A stretch of 64,000 nt of DNA from an uncultured candidate division Zixibacteria bacterium. Its GTDB lineage: Bacteria > Zixibacteria > MSB-5A5 > GN15 > FEB-12. Positions 51,653 to 61,473 of this stretch are shown piece after piece. Under the pieces are notes generated by a model. That model saw nothing but the letters and a program-made list of their open reading frames with translations. It was not told the origin of the DNA and did not search any database. The stretch is taken from assembly GCA_963664195.1 (NCBI GenBank), contig OY760907.1, positions 3,488,001 to 3,552,000 of the forward strand, in the 5' to 3' direction. Within the stretch, counting starts at the first letter, position 1. The number at the start of each line of letters is the position of its first letter. A program made the position numbers and the translations under genes.

Positions 51653-53527
51653 TCAGTCCTGTGTGAACGCAATGCCGGTTGGTGTTGCGGGGTCTCTGTC
51701 TGGAACCTCGTAGGTTCTGAGAACCACGCCGTCGATGCTTACCTGGAACAAGTAGTCGAATTCATACGTGCTGTTGGCAATCCAGAAGTTAACGCCATCC
51801 CAACACATACCGGTCGCATACCTGTTGCTTTCTGTGCCATTCGGCGGAATCGGCGTTCCGAATACGGCCGTCCATGTCGAGGCGTCGAAATCGTAGACAA
51901 ACACCGTGTCGATTATGCGATCGTTGCAGTACAGGTCGCCATCAGCAAAGACCACACCGCGCGCTTCGTCACCCGGAGTCGGAATCGAATCCAGGATATT
52001 CCCTGTTGCGGGGTCCTGCTTATAAATCTGATCCGTGGTGCTGTTGGCCGTCCACAGGCTTGTTCCGTCGAAAGTTACTTCTCTGGCGATGCCTGAAGCC
52101 TCAGGCGGAGCGGTGATCGACTCAATCTCGTCCAGCGTTGCACCGCTCGTGTTGAGCTTGATTAACTTATCGTCGGTGCCGCCGGCGCAGAGCCACAGGT
52201 TGGTCCCGTCGAATGTCAACCCCTGGGGCGAGCCTCCCGGAGCGACCTGCGTGAGATCCCACTGCTGCACGATGCTCGTATCTGATATGCGGATTTTGTA
52301 GAGCAGGTCGGCATTGCCATCAGTCAGCCAGATAAAGCCGGAATTGGGATCAATGGACAGTATCGTGAACAGGGAGTCGCCCACCGCTGTTTGACCGTCG
52401 GGATTCGTCACGGTGACATCCCTCGGCCCGAAGTCAGCATCGGGAGCAATGTCGATGATAGCCGTAATGCTGTTGCCGTCAACAAACGTCGCCTGCACGG
52501 TAGTGATACCCGCCCCAAAATCCACCGCCAGACCGTCACCCGGCCTGAAGTCCGTCCCCGCAACAGAAACTATGACAGAACCCCCACGGGTGCCCGTATT
52601 CGGAGAAACCGCCGTAACCGTCGGAGCATTCGCGGTGCGAACATCGCCTGTGGCCCAGGCGATCGGTCCCGGAGTAGGAAACGGCAGTTCTACACGCTCG
52701 CGCTCAATCCCCTTATAGTCCAGTTTGTAGAGATGGTCACCCGAGCTGCTGCTGTTGATCAGCCAGAAGTCCGAGCCGTCGAAAGTCAGCCCGCACGGGA
52801 ATATATAATCGGCTCCGCGCGGGGGCTCCGGCGAGGCAAAAGCTTCCTGAGTGAGCGATATGTCAGTCCGGAAGCGGTATATCTTGTCGAGATCAACGTC
52901 AGCTATATAAACGCCGGACTCAGCCCCGTTGCCGTAGGCGGCACCAGTCTCTCCGGCCCACGCCAAAGCACGCGGTCCTGACTCTGGATACGTGTACTCG
53001 GCGAGTACGGAACCATCGGTGGGATCGAGCTTGTACAGAGTAGGCGAGATAGCATACGTGGCCGAACCGCTGTTTATGGCCCAGAGGTTGGTGCCGTCGT
53101 AGGTGATACCACGAATCGTGCCCCTCCCATCAGGAGGAGCATTCAGAGACCGCAGAACAGCCAGGGAATCTCCGGAAGCGTCTACCTGGAAGATCCTGTC
53201 AATTGAGCCAGCCATGGAAATCCATAAGTTCTTGCCGTCGAAGGCAAGCCCCTGTGCGCGCGTGTCCGCCCCGAGCGGAGCCAGGCTCCAGGATTTCATC
53301 ACGCTGAGTTTCGGATCAAGCATCCTCAGCTCGAACGTACCGTTGTCAATCAAGTAATAATATCCCCCGCGAGTCGTAATGCCGATATCGGAATCACCGT
53401 CATCGACATACATGCTGTCGCATGATACCAGCCATCCCGCTGCTAACAGGATCAGACCAGTGAGAATCTGCAGATGCAGGAGTCGTCCCCGGATCAATTC
53501 GTACCTCCTTACGGTAGTCTTTTCCAT
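51653..53527 (-). CDS. Lipoprotein with two beta-propeller regions flanking an IPT/TIG-like Ig domain
   Basis: WLVSC lipobox; repeated GLxFDGxNLW blades; PTVTAVSPNTG...VTVTNPDG. Confidence 0.75.
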   Translation of the reverse strand: MEKTTVRRYELIRGRLLHLQILTGLILLAAGWLVSCDSMYVDDGDSDIGITTRGGYYYLIDNGTFELRMLDPKLSVMKSWSLAPLGADTRAQGLAFDGKNLWISMAGSIDRIFQVDASGDSLAVLRSLNAPPDGRGTIRGITYDGTNLWAINSGSATYAISPTLYKLDPTDGSVLAEYTYPESGPRALAWAGETGAAYGNGAESGVYIADVDLDKIYRFRTDISLTQEAFASPEPPRGADYIFPCGLTFDGSDFWLINSSSSGDHLYKLDYKGIERERVELPFPTPGPIAWATGDVRTANAPTVTAVSPNTGTRGGSVIVSVAGTDFRPGDGLAVDFGAGITTVQATFVDGNSITAIIDIAPDADFGPRDVTVTNPDGQTAVGDSLFTILSIDPNSGFIWLTDGNADLLYKIRISDTSIVQQWDLTQVAPGGSPQGLTFDGTNLWLCAGGTDDKLIKLNTSGATLDEIESITAPPEASGIAREVTFDGTSLWTANSTTDQIYKQDPATGNILDSIPTPGDEARGVVFADGDLYCNDRIIDTVFVYDFDASTWTAVFGTPIPPNGTESNRYATGMCWDGVNFWIANSTYEFDYLFQVSIDGVVLRTYEVPDRDPATPTGIAFTQD

Positions 53528-53625
53528 CACTGCGCGGCCCAGAATCGCCACAAAGTTGTCGGTCACATGCTCGCCGAATCGGCATTCGTCGACTCGCTCG
53601 CACGGGGCTGACACTTCTTGCAGCA

Positions 53626-53642
53626 AACAAACAACGTGCCAA
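53626..53642 (-). promoter_or_regulatory. Putative sigma54 -24/-12 promoter of the PGA operon
   Basis: minus strand TTGGCACG-TTGT-TTGTT; adjacent to a sigma54 activator gene. Confidence 0.6.
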
Positions 53643-53950
53643 GCCTCCTTTGTCTGGCTTCTGCGGCGATAAGTCCAACTGCGACAAGATAAATAGGGCC
53701 GGTACGGCAATCCCACTAATACTTGACCGCCGGCATCAAAAACGTGCTATATTAGCCCACGTGAACGTGCGGATGCAGCACGAATCAGACGATAACTGGA
53801 CGAAACTCGCTGTCTCACAGGGGCGCCAAACGGGCACAGATATTGTTACGTGCGATTGGGAGACACAAAACGAATGATGCAAAATGAAACACCCACTAGA
53901 AGACAGGCAGAGTTGGAAAGCATCGTGACTATGATTATGGCAAAAAGCCG

Positions 53951-55513
53951 ATGAATTTTATTCGCATTCACACCCGGGCTATTGTCTGGGCAACCGTGTT
54001 TGCTGCGGTGGTCGTCACGGTATCAATTGCGGTCCAGATTTCTCTCGACAGTTGGACGCGCGAGGTCGTAAGTACCAACAAGACGCTGACCAAGGTCGTT
54101 GCCGAGCAGCTCAACAGCGCCGCACATCCGCTGGTCGATTCCCTGAACGCGGAGTGGGTTTTTGAACAGGATTCCCTGACTCTGGACGAATCCAAGTCTT
54201 TGGATGAGCGCCTCAAACTACTGTCTGACAGTGTCTTTACGCATGTGCACGGCATTGAAGGCGGTTTCTTCATTATTCATCTGGACGAATTCTACGGCTA
54301 CTCCTATCCGACCTCGCCCCCGCCGATTCCAGTCTACGGTCCCCCGCCACGCTCCTACAATTTCATCAAGTCGCAGGTACTGGAGACGATTGACAAGGGC
54401 GAGCAAATCGTCAGACTGCATCAGTTCGATCCGGCCATCTTCCCGCTGGCTACGCATCCGGTAACAGTAGAAGGAAAAGTCATAGGCGTGGTCTGGGCCC
54501 GAATTCATATCGAACGAGAATTACCGGCCATCAAACTCAGACAGGTAATCAATTTCGGCGCGATCATTTCACTGCTCGGTTTCGTAATTGCTCTGCTAAC
54601 CTCGATCTCGCAACGACGCAAGATTCAACAGATGAGCTCCGACCTCGAACAGGTCAAATCCGGCAACGCCCGACAGGTTACGGTCAGCAAGGGGGCGCTC
54701 GGGTTTGTCGGACAATCGGTCAATGCCATGATCAGGACCATGCGTGAAGAGAACGACCGCCGTGAGCAACTCGAACGCGAACTGCATCAGAAGCAGAAGA
54801 TGGCCTCGCTCGGCAAGGTGATCGCCGGAGTGGCTCATGAAGTCAAAACACCCCTCGCGATTATCAAAACCCGAATACAGATATGGCAGCAGGCGATTCG
54901 TAATTCGAAGAATGGAAAAGATATTAAGGGCGTCTTCACCGATGACTCCCTCCAGATGGTTGTCGATGAAGTCGATCGTCTCGCCGATCTGGTCAAACGA
55001 CTGCTCGTCTTCTCAAAACCGCAACCGGGTCGCATGGAGCCGACCGACATCAACGGATTGCTCAAACACAACATCATGTTCTCCGAGACCCGGAGCACCA
55101 AGAGAAGCATCACCATACAATCGAATTTCGATCCTACTGTGCCTCCAATCCTGGCCGACAGGAGCGCACTCGGGCAGGTTTTCATTAATGTCATCAGCAA
55201 CTCTATCGAGGCCGTGTCCGAAAACGGCGCTATCAATGTCAGGACAGAGTATGACAAACTGGGTTCCCTCTGCCGCGTTACTATTGAAGACGACGGCATA
55301 GGCATCCCCGAAGACCTCCAACAGAGTCTGTTCGACCCCTTCGTGACAACCAAAGAAAAGGGGTTCGGGCTGGGATTGTCCATCTCGTACGAAATCATCG
55401 AGGGACACGGCGGCACAATTCAGCTTCGACCGCGCAGCAACGGAGGTACGGTCTGCATCATCACTCTACCAAACAACCAACCCGGACGGGACCTACCAGA
55501 TGAGTCAAAATAG
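53951..55513 (+). CDS. Membrane sensor histidine kinase
   Basis: Two TM, AHEVKTPL H-box, N/G1/F/G2 boxes. Confidence 0.93.
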   Translation: MNFIRIHTRAIVWATVFAAVVVTVSIAVQISLDSWTREVVSTNKTLTKVVAEQLNSAAHPLVDSLNAEWVFEQDSLTLDESKSLDERLKLLSDSVFTHVHGIEGGFFIIHLDEFYGYSYPTSPPPIPVYGPPPRSYNFIKSQVLETIDKGEQIVRLHQFDPAIFPLATHPVTVEGKVIGVVWARIHIERELPAIKLRQVINFGAIISLLGFVIALLTSISQRRKIQQMSSDLEQVKSGNARQVTVSKGALGFVGQSVNAMIRTMREENDRREQLERELHQKQKMASLGKVIAGVAHEVKTPLAIIKTRIQIWQQAIRNSKNGKDIKGVFTDDSLQMVVDEVDRLADLVKRLLVFSKPQPGRMEPTDINGLLKHNIMFSETRSTKRSITIQSNFDPTVPPILADRSALGQVFINVISNSIEAVSENGAINVRTEYDKLGSLCRVTIEDDGIGIPEDLQQSLFDPFVTTKEKGFGLGLSISYEIIEGHGGTIQLRPRSNGGTVCIITLPNNQPGRDLPDESK

Positions 55514-56870
55514 AAGCATCCTGATAGTGGACGACGAAGTCTCCATGCGCAGAAATCTCTCGGACCTGTTGACCGTGAACGGCTACGAAGTAGCAGAGGC
55601 CGGCGATGGTGCCGAGGCAATCGACAACGTGGCCGATTATCATCCCGATCTTGTACTACTGGACATCAACCTGCCCAAGCTTGACGGCATTTCGGCACTT
55701 GCGAAAATCAAGGCAGTGCGTCCGGATCTTCCGGTTATCATATTCACGGCCTATGGCACCAGTGAACGGGCCATCAGGGCGATGAAGGCTGGGGCTTACG
55801 ACTATGTCGAAAAGCCGTTTGAACTCGATGAACTCATGCTCATAATCCAACGTGCCCTGGAGTACTCGGAACTGCTCTCCGAAGTCAGGGAACTTCGTAC
55901 CCGTGTATCAACGATTTCGCGGACTGCAAACGTGAACATCATCGGCAGCAGCCCGGTGATGAAAGACATCTTCAAGCTGATCGGCAGAGTCTCGGCAACC
56001 GACGCCACAGTCCTGATTCAGGGTGACAGCGGCACCGGCAAAGAGCTTGTAGCCGATGCCATCCAGCGACATTCGCTGCGTGCTGAGAAGCCGTACGTGA
56101 AGGTCCATTGCGGGGCACTGTCCGAAACCATTCTGGAGAGTGAGATATTCGGCCATGAGAAGGGCGCTTTCACCGGGGCTATTTCGCAGCGTCAAGGCCG
56201 GTTCGAACTTGCCGACGGCGGTACGATCTTCCTTGATGAAATTAACACCATGTCTCCCTCGCTGCAGGTTCGTTTACTGCGTGTCCTGCAGGAACGGACC
56301 TTCTACCGCGTGGGTGGAGAAACGCCGATTCGTGTCGATGTTCGTGTGATCGCAGCCTCCAACAGGGACGTCGGGTCCGAGGTCAAGAAGGGCAGCTTCC
56401 GCGAAGATCTCTACTACCGTCTCAACGTGGTGCAGGTCAACGTCCCCCCCCTTGTCGAACGACGAGAGGACATCCCGCTACTCATCAGACACTTCCTCCA
56501 GAAACACTGCCCTGATCGTGAGTTGATCGTACAGGAAGAGGACCTGCGCGCCTTGCAGGAGTACACCTGGCCGGGCAATGTCCGCGAACTGGAAAACACC
56601 ATCCAGGGCGCTATCGTCATGGCACGGGAGAACGTGGTATCCATAGGCGCTCTTCCCACTCCTCCGGAAGGCAAGGCTCTGCCGATATCACCCGAGAAAC
56701 AACTTGAGAACGGCCGACCTCTGAAGATCATCCTCTCCGACATCGAGGAATCGCTTATCAGGAAGGCGCTCTGGAAGACAAACTGGAACCGGACCGAGGC
56801 CGCCCGCTATCTCGGCATCCACCGCCGATTGCTGTATTCAAAGATGCAGGAATACAACATCAGCCAATAG
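55500..56870 (+). CDS. Sigma54-dependent response regulator (NtrC/AtoC family)
   Basis: Receiver domain, GDSGTGKE, GAFTGA, WPGNVRELEN, Fis-type HTH. Confidence 0.95.
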   Translation: MSQNRSILIVDDEVSMRRNLSDLLTVNGYEVAEAGDGAEAIDNVADYHPDLVLLDINLPKLDGISALAKIKAVRPDLPVIIFTAYGTSERAIRAMKAGAYDYVEKPFELDELMLIIQRALEYSELLSEVRELRTRVSTISRTANVNIIGSSPVMKDIFKLIGRVSATDATVLIQGDSGTGKELVADAIQRHSLRAEKPYVKVHCGALSETILESEIFGHEKGAFTGAISQRQGRFELADGGTIFLDEINTMSPSLQVRLLRVLQERTFYRVGGETPIRVDVRVIAASNRDVGSEVKKGSFREDLYYRLNVVQVNVPPLVERREDIPLLIRHFLQKHCPDRELIVQEEDLRALQEYTWPGNVRELENTIQGAIVMARENVVSIGALPTPPEGKALPISPEKQLENGRPLKIILSDIEESLIRKALWKTNWNRTEAARYLGIHRRLLYSKMQEYNISQ

Positions 56871-56934
56871 CCCAGGAGTCGCACACCTCCTTGAAGGAAC
56901 GCGGCGGTCGCAGACCGTGCGGTCATCTTCCTTA

Positions 56935-56963
56935 TTGACAGGATGTATACGTCGATCTATATT
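56935..56963 (+). promoter_or_regulatory. sigma70-type promoter
   Basis: TTGACA-N17-TATATT. Confidence 0.6.
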
Positions 56964-57029
56964 TCCTCTAAGTACCGAACCTTAACAAAGTCCTATCTAA
57001 TCTGGTTGCTTAAGCCGGGGAGGTTTGCC

Positions 57030-59129
57030 ATGCTGCGATCAATGTTTCACAAGCTGAATCGAACTCTCCCGATATCCGCTAATTCTGGCTGTTACTCTCT
57101 ATTCGCCTGTACTCTGGCCATACTGGTCTTCGGAGGACTGACAGCACAAGCGGCAGTGCCGGTTGTTAGCGGCCCAACAGACTACTCCTTCAGTCACTGC
57201 GAGACGGGGACGCTCGATTTCGTGGCCTCTGATCAGGAGAATAACTTCCCCTACGATTGGGAAATCGTCTCCGGGCCGGGAACCCTTGCCGTTACCGGGG
57301 CACATTCGGCTCGCTGGACCTGCGACGATGCGCCGCAATCCGGCACGGCCGTGCTGGAAATCCGCGCGTGTGACATATCTGGCACCTGGGGACCTGTCCA
57401 TACGGTCAATCTGGAGTTTCTGAACACTGCACCGGAGATTGTCTCAGTCGAGGACATCAGCCCCTGGGAGGCGATGCCAATCGGCGTTGGCCAGACAAAA
57501 ACTCGCACGATTGTCGCATTGGACTTTGATGAGTGTGACAGTCTGAGCTGGTCGATTGTGTCTTGGTTTCCGCAAAGCTCGGGGGACCTGGTCACTATAG
57601 AGGATGGTGTAGTAACTTACAAACCGGCAGACGGAGAGGCTTCCGTGGAGATGGTCGTAGAAGTCTCTGACGGTCTCGAGTCAACTCAGATCACGATTCA
57701 CTGGCGCGTCAGATGGTGTGTCTGCAAATGGCTCCAAATTGACAGAGTTGACGGTGCGATGCCCGGTCAGTTCGCCGATGTCGTCGTAAGGATCAATGAC
57801 TTGGACTCCTGGTACGGACTCGGTAGTTTCGATCTCCTCTTCGCCTATGACGCCGGAATCATGACGTTCAACGAGGCCCTCCGGGGCGATATCTATGAGG
57901 ACTGCAATTGGGAGTACTTGAGCTACCAGGTCGGCATGAATGAAGATGGCTGTGCCACTTGTCCCACCGGCCTGGTTCGCGTTGTCGGCGTGGTTGGAGC
58001 AAGCGGACCGCAAGAGCCTCCCTATTGCATGCTCGAGAATGACAGAACAACGCTGACCGTACTTCGTTTCCAGCTGGCGGACGACGAACGGGTCAGTTGT
58101 CAGTTCGCTCCCGTGCGATTCTACTGGGCTGATTGCGAATCCAATCTACTCACAATCGCTGATGGTACAGAGAGCCAGATATCTACTAATGTGGTCGACT
58201 ACGACCCGTACCAGGGATTCGTGGACATTACTGACGACTTGTCGAGTCTCCCAAGTTATGCCGGAACGCCAGACGAATGCCTGACGGGAGAACCCGGAGA
58301 GCCATACCGTATCTGCACATTCATCAACGGCGGCATCGAAGTCCTTTGCCCGAATGGTGATCCCGAGCCTGGCGATATCAACCAGAACGGCATCCGGTAC
58401 GAAATGTCCGACGCGGTATTGTTTCAGAGATTCCTCACTGAGATCATTCCCTGCCCCGATCCTCCAGCCCAGGGGGGGTATGCCACTGACATTAACCGTG
58501 ACGGCCAGATCCTCACGGTCGCAGACTACGTCCTCCTGCTGCGCATAATCACCGGCGACGTTCTCCCCGGTTCGTACAAAACATCTCCGGCTCCAGCCGC
58601 CTATACGCACAAAAACGGCACACTCGGTGTCGATACGAAGATGGGGGCCGCCTTGGTCACCCTCAGAGGCGACGCGCCGGTTAGATCGCTCGCCGAGGGC
58701 ATGGATATGGCCCAGGGTGTCGTCGAGGGTAACCGTCGCATCCTTCTTTATTCTCTCGATGGCAAAGCTACTTTCTCAGGGGCGTTTCTTGAAACCGACG
58801 CCGAGATACTGAGTATCGAGTTCGCAACCTGGGACGGCCAGACAGTCATGCTCAAGAACCAGCCCCAGACGTTCACTCTGAAGCAGAACTATCCGAACCC
58901 GTTCAACCCGGTTACTACGATCTGCTTCGCTCTTCCCGAGGCCTCCGATGTCTCCCTGGACGTAATCAACGCCATCGGACAAACGGTAGCCCATCTAGTT
59001 GCCGAGCGACTCGACAAAGGTCCGCACATGGTTAAGTGGGATGCGATCAACATGCCCAGCGGTGTGTACTTCTACCGTCTGAAGGCGAACGGGATTTTCG
59101 AAACGAAGAAGATGGTGCTTCTGAAATAG
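57030..59129 (+). CDS. Secreted protein with Ig-like, cohesin-like, dockerin-like and T9SS-type C-terminal sorting domains
   Basis: GGGAGG RBS; GSFDLLFAYD cohesin-like motif; GDINQNG...DINRDG pair; QNYPNPFNP...SGVYFYRL...KKMVLLK. Confidence 0.8.
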   Translation: MLRSMFHKLNRTLPISANSGCYSLFACTLAILVFGGLTAQAAVPVVSGPTDYSFSHCETGTLDFVASDQENNFPYDWEIVSGPGTLAVTGAHSARWTCDDAPQSGTAVLEIRACDISGTWGPVHTVNLEFLNTAPEIVSVEDISPWEAMPIGVGQTKTRTIVALDFDECDSLSWSIVSWFPQSSGDLVTIEDGVVTYKPADGEASVEMVVEVSDGLESTQITIHWRVRWCVCKWLQIDRVDGAMPGQFADVVVRINDLDSWYGLGSFDLLFAYDAGIMTFNEALRGDIYEDCNWEYLSYQVGMNEDGCATCPTGLVRVVGVVGASGPQEPPYCMLENDRTTLTVLRFQLADDERVSCQFAPVRFYWADCESNLLTIADGTESQISTNVVDYDPYQGFVDITDDLSSLPSYAGTPDECLTGEPGEPYRICTFINGGIEVLCPNGDPEPGDINQNGIRYEMSDAVLFQRFLTEIIPCPDPPAQGGYATDINRDGQILTVADYVLLLRIITGDVLPGSYKTSPAPAAYTHKNGTLGVDTKMGAALVTLRGDAPVRSLAEGMDMAQGVVEGNRRILLYSLDGKATFSGAFLETDAEILSIEFATWDGQTVMLKNQPQTFTLKQNYPNPFNPVTTICFALPEASDVSLDVINAIGQTVAHLVAERLDKGPHMVKWDAINMPSGVYFYRLKANGIFETKKMVLLK

Positions 59130-59195
59130 CTGCAAAGACACAGAGATGGCCGCTCACCCTGTGGCCACTCTTCCCAGACCTCCCCATAAGAAGCG

Positions 59196-59224
59196 GGGCT
59201 GTCACGCTAATTGCGAGACAGCCC
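59196..59224. terminator. Hairpin between convergent genes
   Basis: gggctgtc / gacagccc. Confidence 0.5.
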
Positions 59225-59260
59225 TGTTGTCATGTGGTCTCTGTGTCTTGTGAGGTTGGA

Positions 59261-61027
59261 TTACTCGGCAAGCGTCACGGTGATCCCCCACTTGCGCGGG
59301 TTGTCCGGCTGACGGACATTCCAGTCGTTGAACGAATGTGATCCGTCGGAAATGTAGAACACGTCGTACTCACCCTTATCGAGTGTCACGGTACCGTCGA
59401 ACATCCGGTTCTTGTCGCCACCGCCGGCGTGGTCGGTATTGCGACGAGTCATTTCCCAAACCGTCTTGCCAGTCTTGGCATCCTCGATCCAGCCGTAGTC
59501 GCAGAAATTCCGATCGCCTGCAGAGTATTCGCCAATCGCAAGAATATTGACCTTGGTCTCCTTTGAAAGCGCGAAATTTGCCCGGCGACGTTCCCGGTCG
59601 CGAACGCGAGTCAGCGAACAGAGGACCTTGGAATCATCCATAACCTCCGCCTCGGTCAGGAAAGTCATATCCTTGGCATCCATACCTTCACCGCCATAAA
59701 TCGTCATGCCCCACGCACTGGGATCAAACGGGCGTTTGACGTTCCACGAGCGATAGGCGTGAGAGTCATCGGTGGTATAGAAGGCAATATACTTGCCCTT
59801 CTCAAGATCAATGATGCCGTCGAACATCCGGTTCTTGTCGCCGCCGCCGGCAGGCTCGGTATTTCGCCAAGTCATCTCCCATACTGTCTTGCCGGTGACA
59901 GCATTCTCAATCCAGCCGTAGTCGGCGAAATCGGAACGTTTACCCGTGCATTCGCCCAGCGCGTAAACGCGCAACTGACAGTCCTTCTTTAGCTCAAACG
60001 CCTGTTCCATAAAATCGTCATTACGAGCGCGAGAGAAGTCGATCAGCGGATCCACGGAAAGTTTCTTGTCCACAAGATGGAACGCGGAAGGGTCGAGATC
60101 CTTGCCCGGGAACAACGTCACGCCCCAGTTCAGCGGATCGTACGGCGGAGCGACATTGAACTCCTCGGCAGAGTGGGAGTCATCCGACGCATAATGGAGT
60201 ACATAGGTGCCCTTATCGAGTCTTACTTCGTCGTCGAATTTGCGGTTCTTCTTGCCGCCGCCTGCTCGCTCGGTGTTCCAGCGGTCCATCTGCCAGACTT
60301 TCTCACGAGTCTCGGCATTGACGATCCAGGCGCCATCGACCGGAGCGTCCCAACCACGCGGGTGCTCAATCAACGAGTATATCCGCAGATTCATCGGCTT
60401 ATCCAAGGTGAACATCTGACGAATGTACTCGTCGTTACCGACGCCGTTGAAGCGGGCAAGGGCATCGGAGAAATCACCGTTGACGTCGAAAGTCTTCACC
60501 TTGTCGACGCCGATTTCCTCGGAGGACACTTTCACATAGCAGTCATCGAGGTAATACCGGACATCGCGGTAGTAGTACTCGTCGTCCTGATCTTCCTCAT
60601 CGTCGAAAATATCACCGAGGAGATCGAAGAAATCCTTTGAGCCGCTCACGTTGAAATTGCCGGTGAAGAGATCTCCGGCATACATGTACAACTCGTACTT
60701 GCCCTTCTCAAGGAACTTGACCTTCTCCGCAAACCGGAGTGCCCGGCTTTCCTTGTGTTTGGCGGAGCGCGCAAGGCTCATGACCCAGACTGGCTGGCGG
60801 GTTTCATGGTCGATTATCCAGGCATAGACTGCCATTTGCTTGGAATAGCGCGTGCGCACTCCCACGGCCTCGATATCGACCTCGGCACCCTGGGTCAGCT
60901 CAAACCCGACCATTTCCAAGTCGCCCTGGCGAATATCATTGATTTCGACCAGCGTCCCGGCGGACGCTATCGCAGCGGAGAACAGAATCACCAGAAATCC
61001 GACCGCGAAACCTATTTTGCTCTTCAT
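59261..61027 (-). CDS. Secreted hypothetical protein with four internal repeats
   Basis: Signal peptide; repeated WI...VWxM...AGGGxKNRxFD...KGxY...DxSH...WG. Confidence 0.85.
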   Translation of the reverse strand: MKSKIGFAVGFLVILFSAAIASAGTLVEINDIRQGDLEMVGFELTQGAEVDIEAVGVRTRYSKQMAVYAWIIDHETRQPVWVMSLARSAKHKESRALRFAEKVKFLEKGKYELYMYAGDLFTGNFNVSGSKDFFDLLGDIFDDEEDQDDEYYYRDVRYYLDDCYVKVSSEEIGVDKVKTFDVNGDFSDALARFNGVGNDEYIRQMFTLDKPMNLRIYSLIEHPRGWDAPVDGAWIVNAETREKVWQMDRWNTERAGGGKKNRKFDDEVRLDKGTYVLHYASDDSHSAEEFNVAPPYDPLNWGVTLFPGKDLDPSAFHLVDKKLSVDPLIDFSRARNDDFMEQAFELKKDCQLRVYALGECTGKRSDFADYGWIENAVTGKTVWEMTWRNTEPAGGGDKNRMFDGIIDLEKGKYIAFYTTDDSHAYRSWNVKRPFDPSAWGMTIYGGEGMDAKDMTFLTEAEVMDDSKVLCSLTRVRDRERRRANFALSKETKVNILAIGEYSAGDRNFCDYGWIEDAKTGKTVWEMTRRNTDHAGGGDKNRMFDGTVTLDKGEYDVFYISDGSHSFNDWNVRQPDNPRKWGITVTLAE

Positions 61028-61083
61028 ATAAGTATCCCCTTCCTCAAAGGACTAAAACACAGATTGCACAGAGTTAGCCTAGA

Positions 61084-61110
61084 TACGTGTTGCCGGCTCA
61101 ATTTGTTTCA
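61084..61110 (-). promoter_or_regulatory. Putative SigW-like ECF promoter
   Basis: minus strand TGAAAC-N17-CGTA upstream of ATG 61027. Confidence 0.5.
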
Positions 61111-61360
61111 CGCGTCGAAGCTTTGTCGTTCGAGGCACTGTCGCCGGCTGTAGCTCCCTGCGATTCATGTACTTGGTGCGCGCGCCGCACGGAACCGTCT
61201 TTTGGGCCCGTCATTATGGAAACTCTCCCTCGCGTAGGCAAGGTTGAAATTTGATCCTTCTGGAGTGCTGGATTCGTTGGGAGGCCTTTCTCAGCGCCGA
61301 ACCTGCGGAGGCCACTCCGACTTCAAAACGCATTCAAAAGCACCGCGTTTTCGGACCCAA

Positions 61361-61473
61361 TTCGTAACGATATACGCCAAATTCGTAACATATACCCCTC
61401 GATTCGTAATCTTTTGGCCCGAATTCGTAACAATCTACCCCCATTTCGTAACAATCAGCTGCCGATTCGTAAT
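61361..61473. repeat. Six TTCGTAAY cores at exact 21-bp period
   Basis: TTCGTAA at 61361, 61382, 61403, 61424, 61445, 61466. Confidence 0.9.

Noticed and set aside
51653..53527. Glutaminyl cyclase call for the propeller lipoprotein
   Set aside because: QGL-x-FDG blades resemble it, but the catalytic Glu motifs were not recognisable
61361..61473. CRISPR array
   Set aside because: Core of 7-8 bp and 21-bp period are far too short; no cas genes in the window
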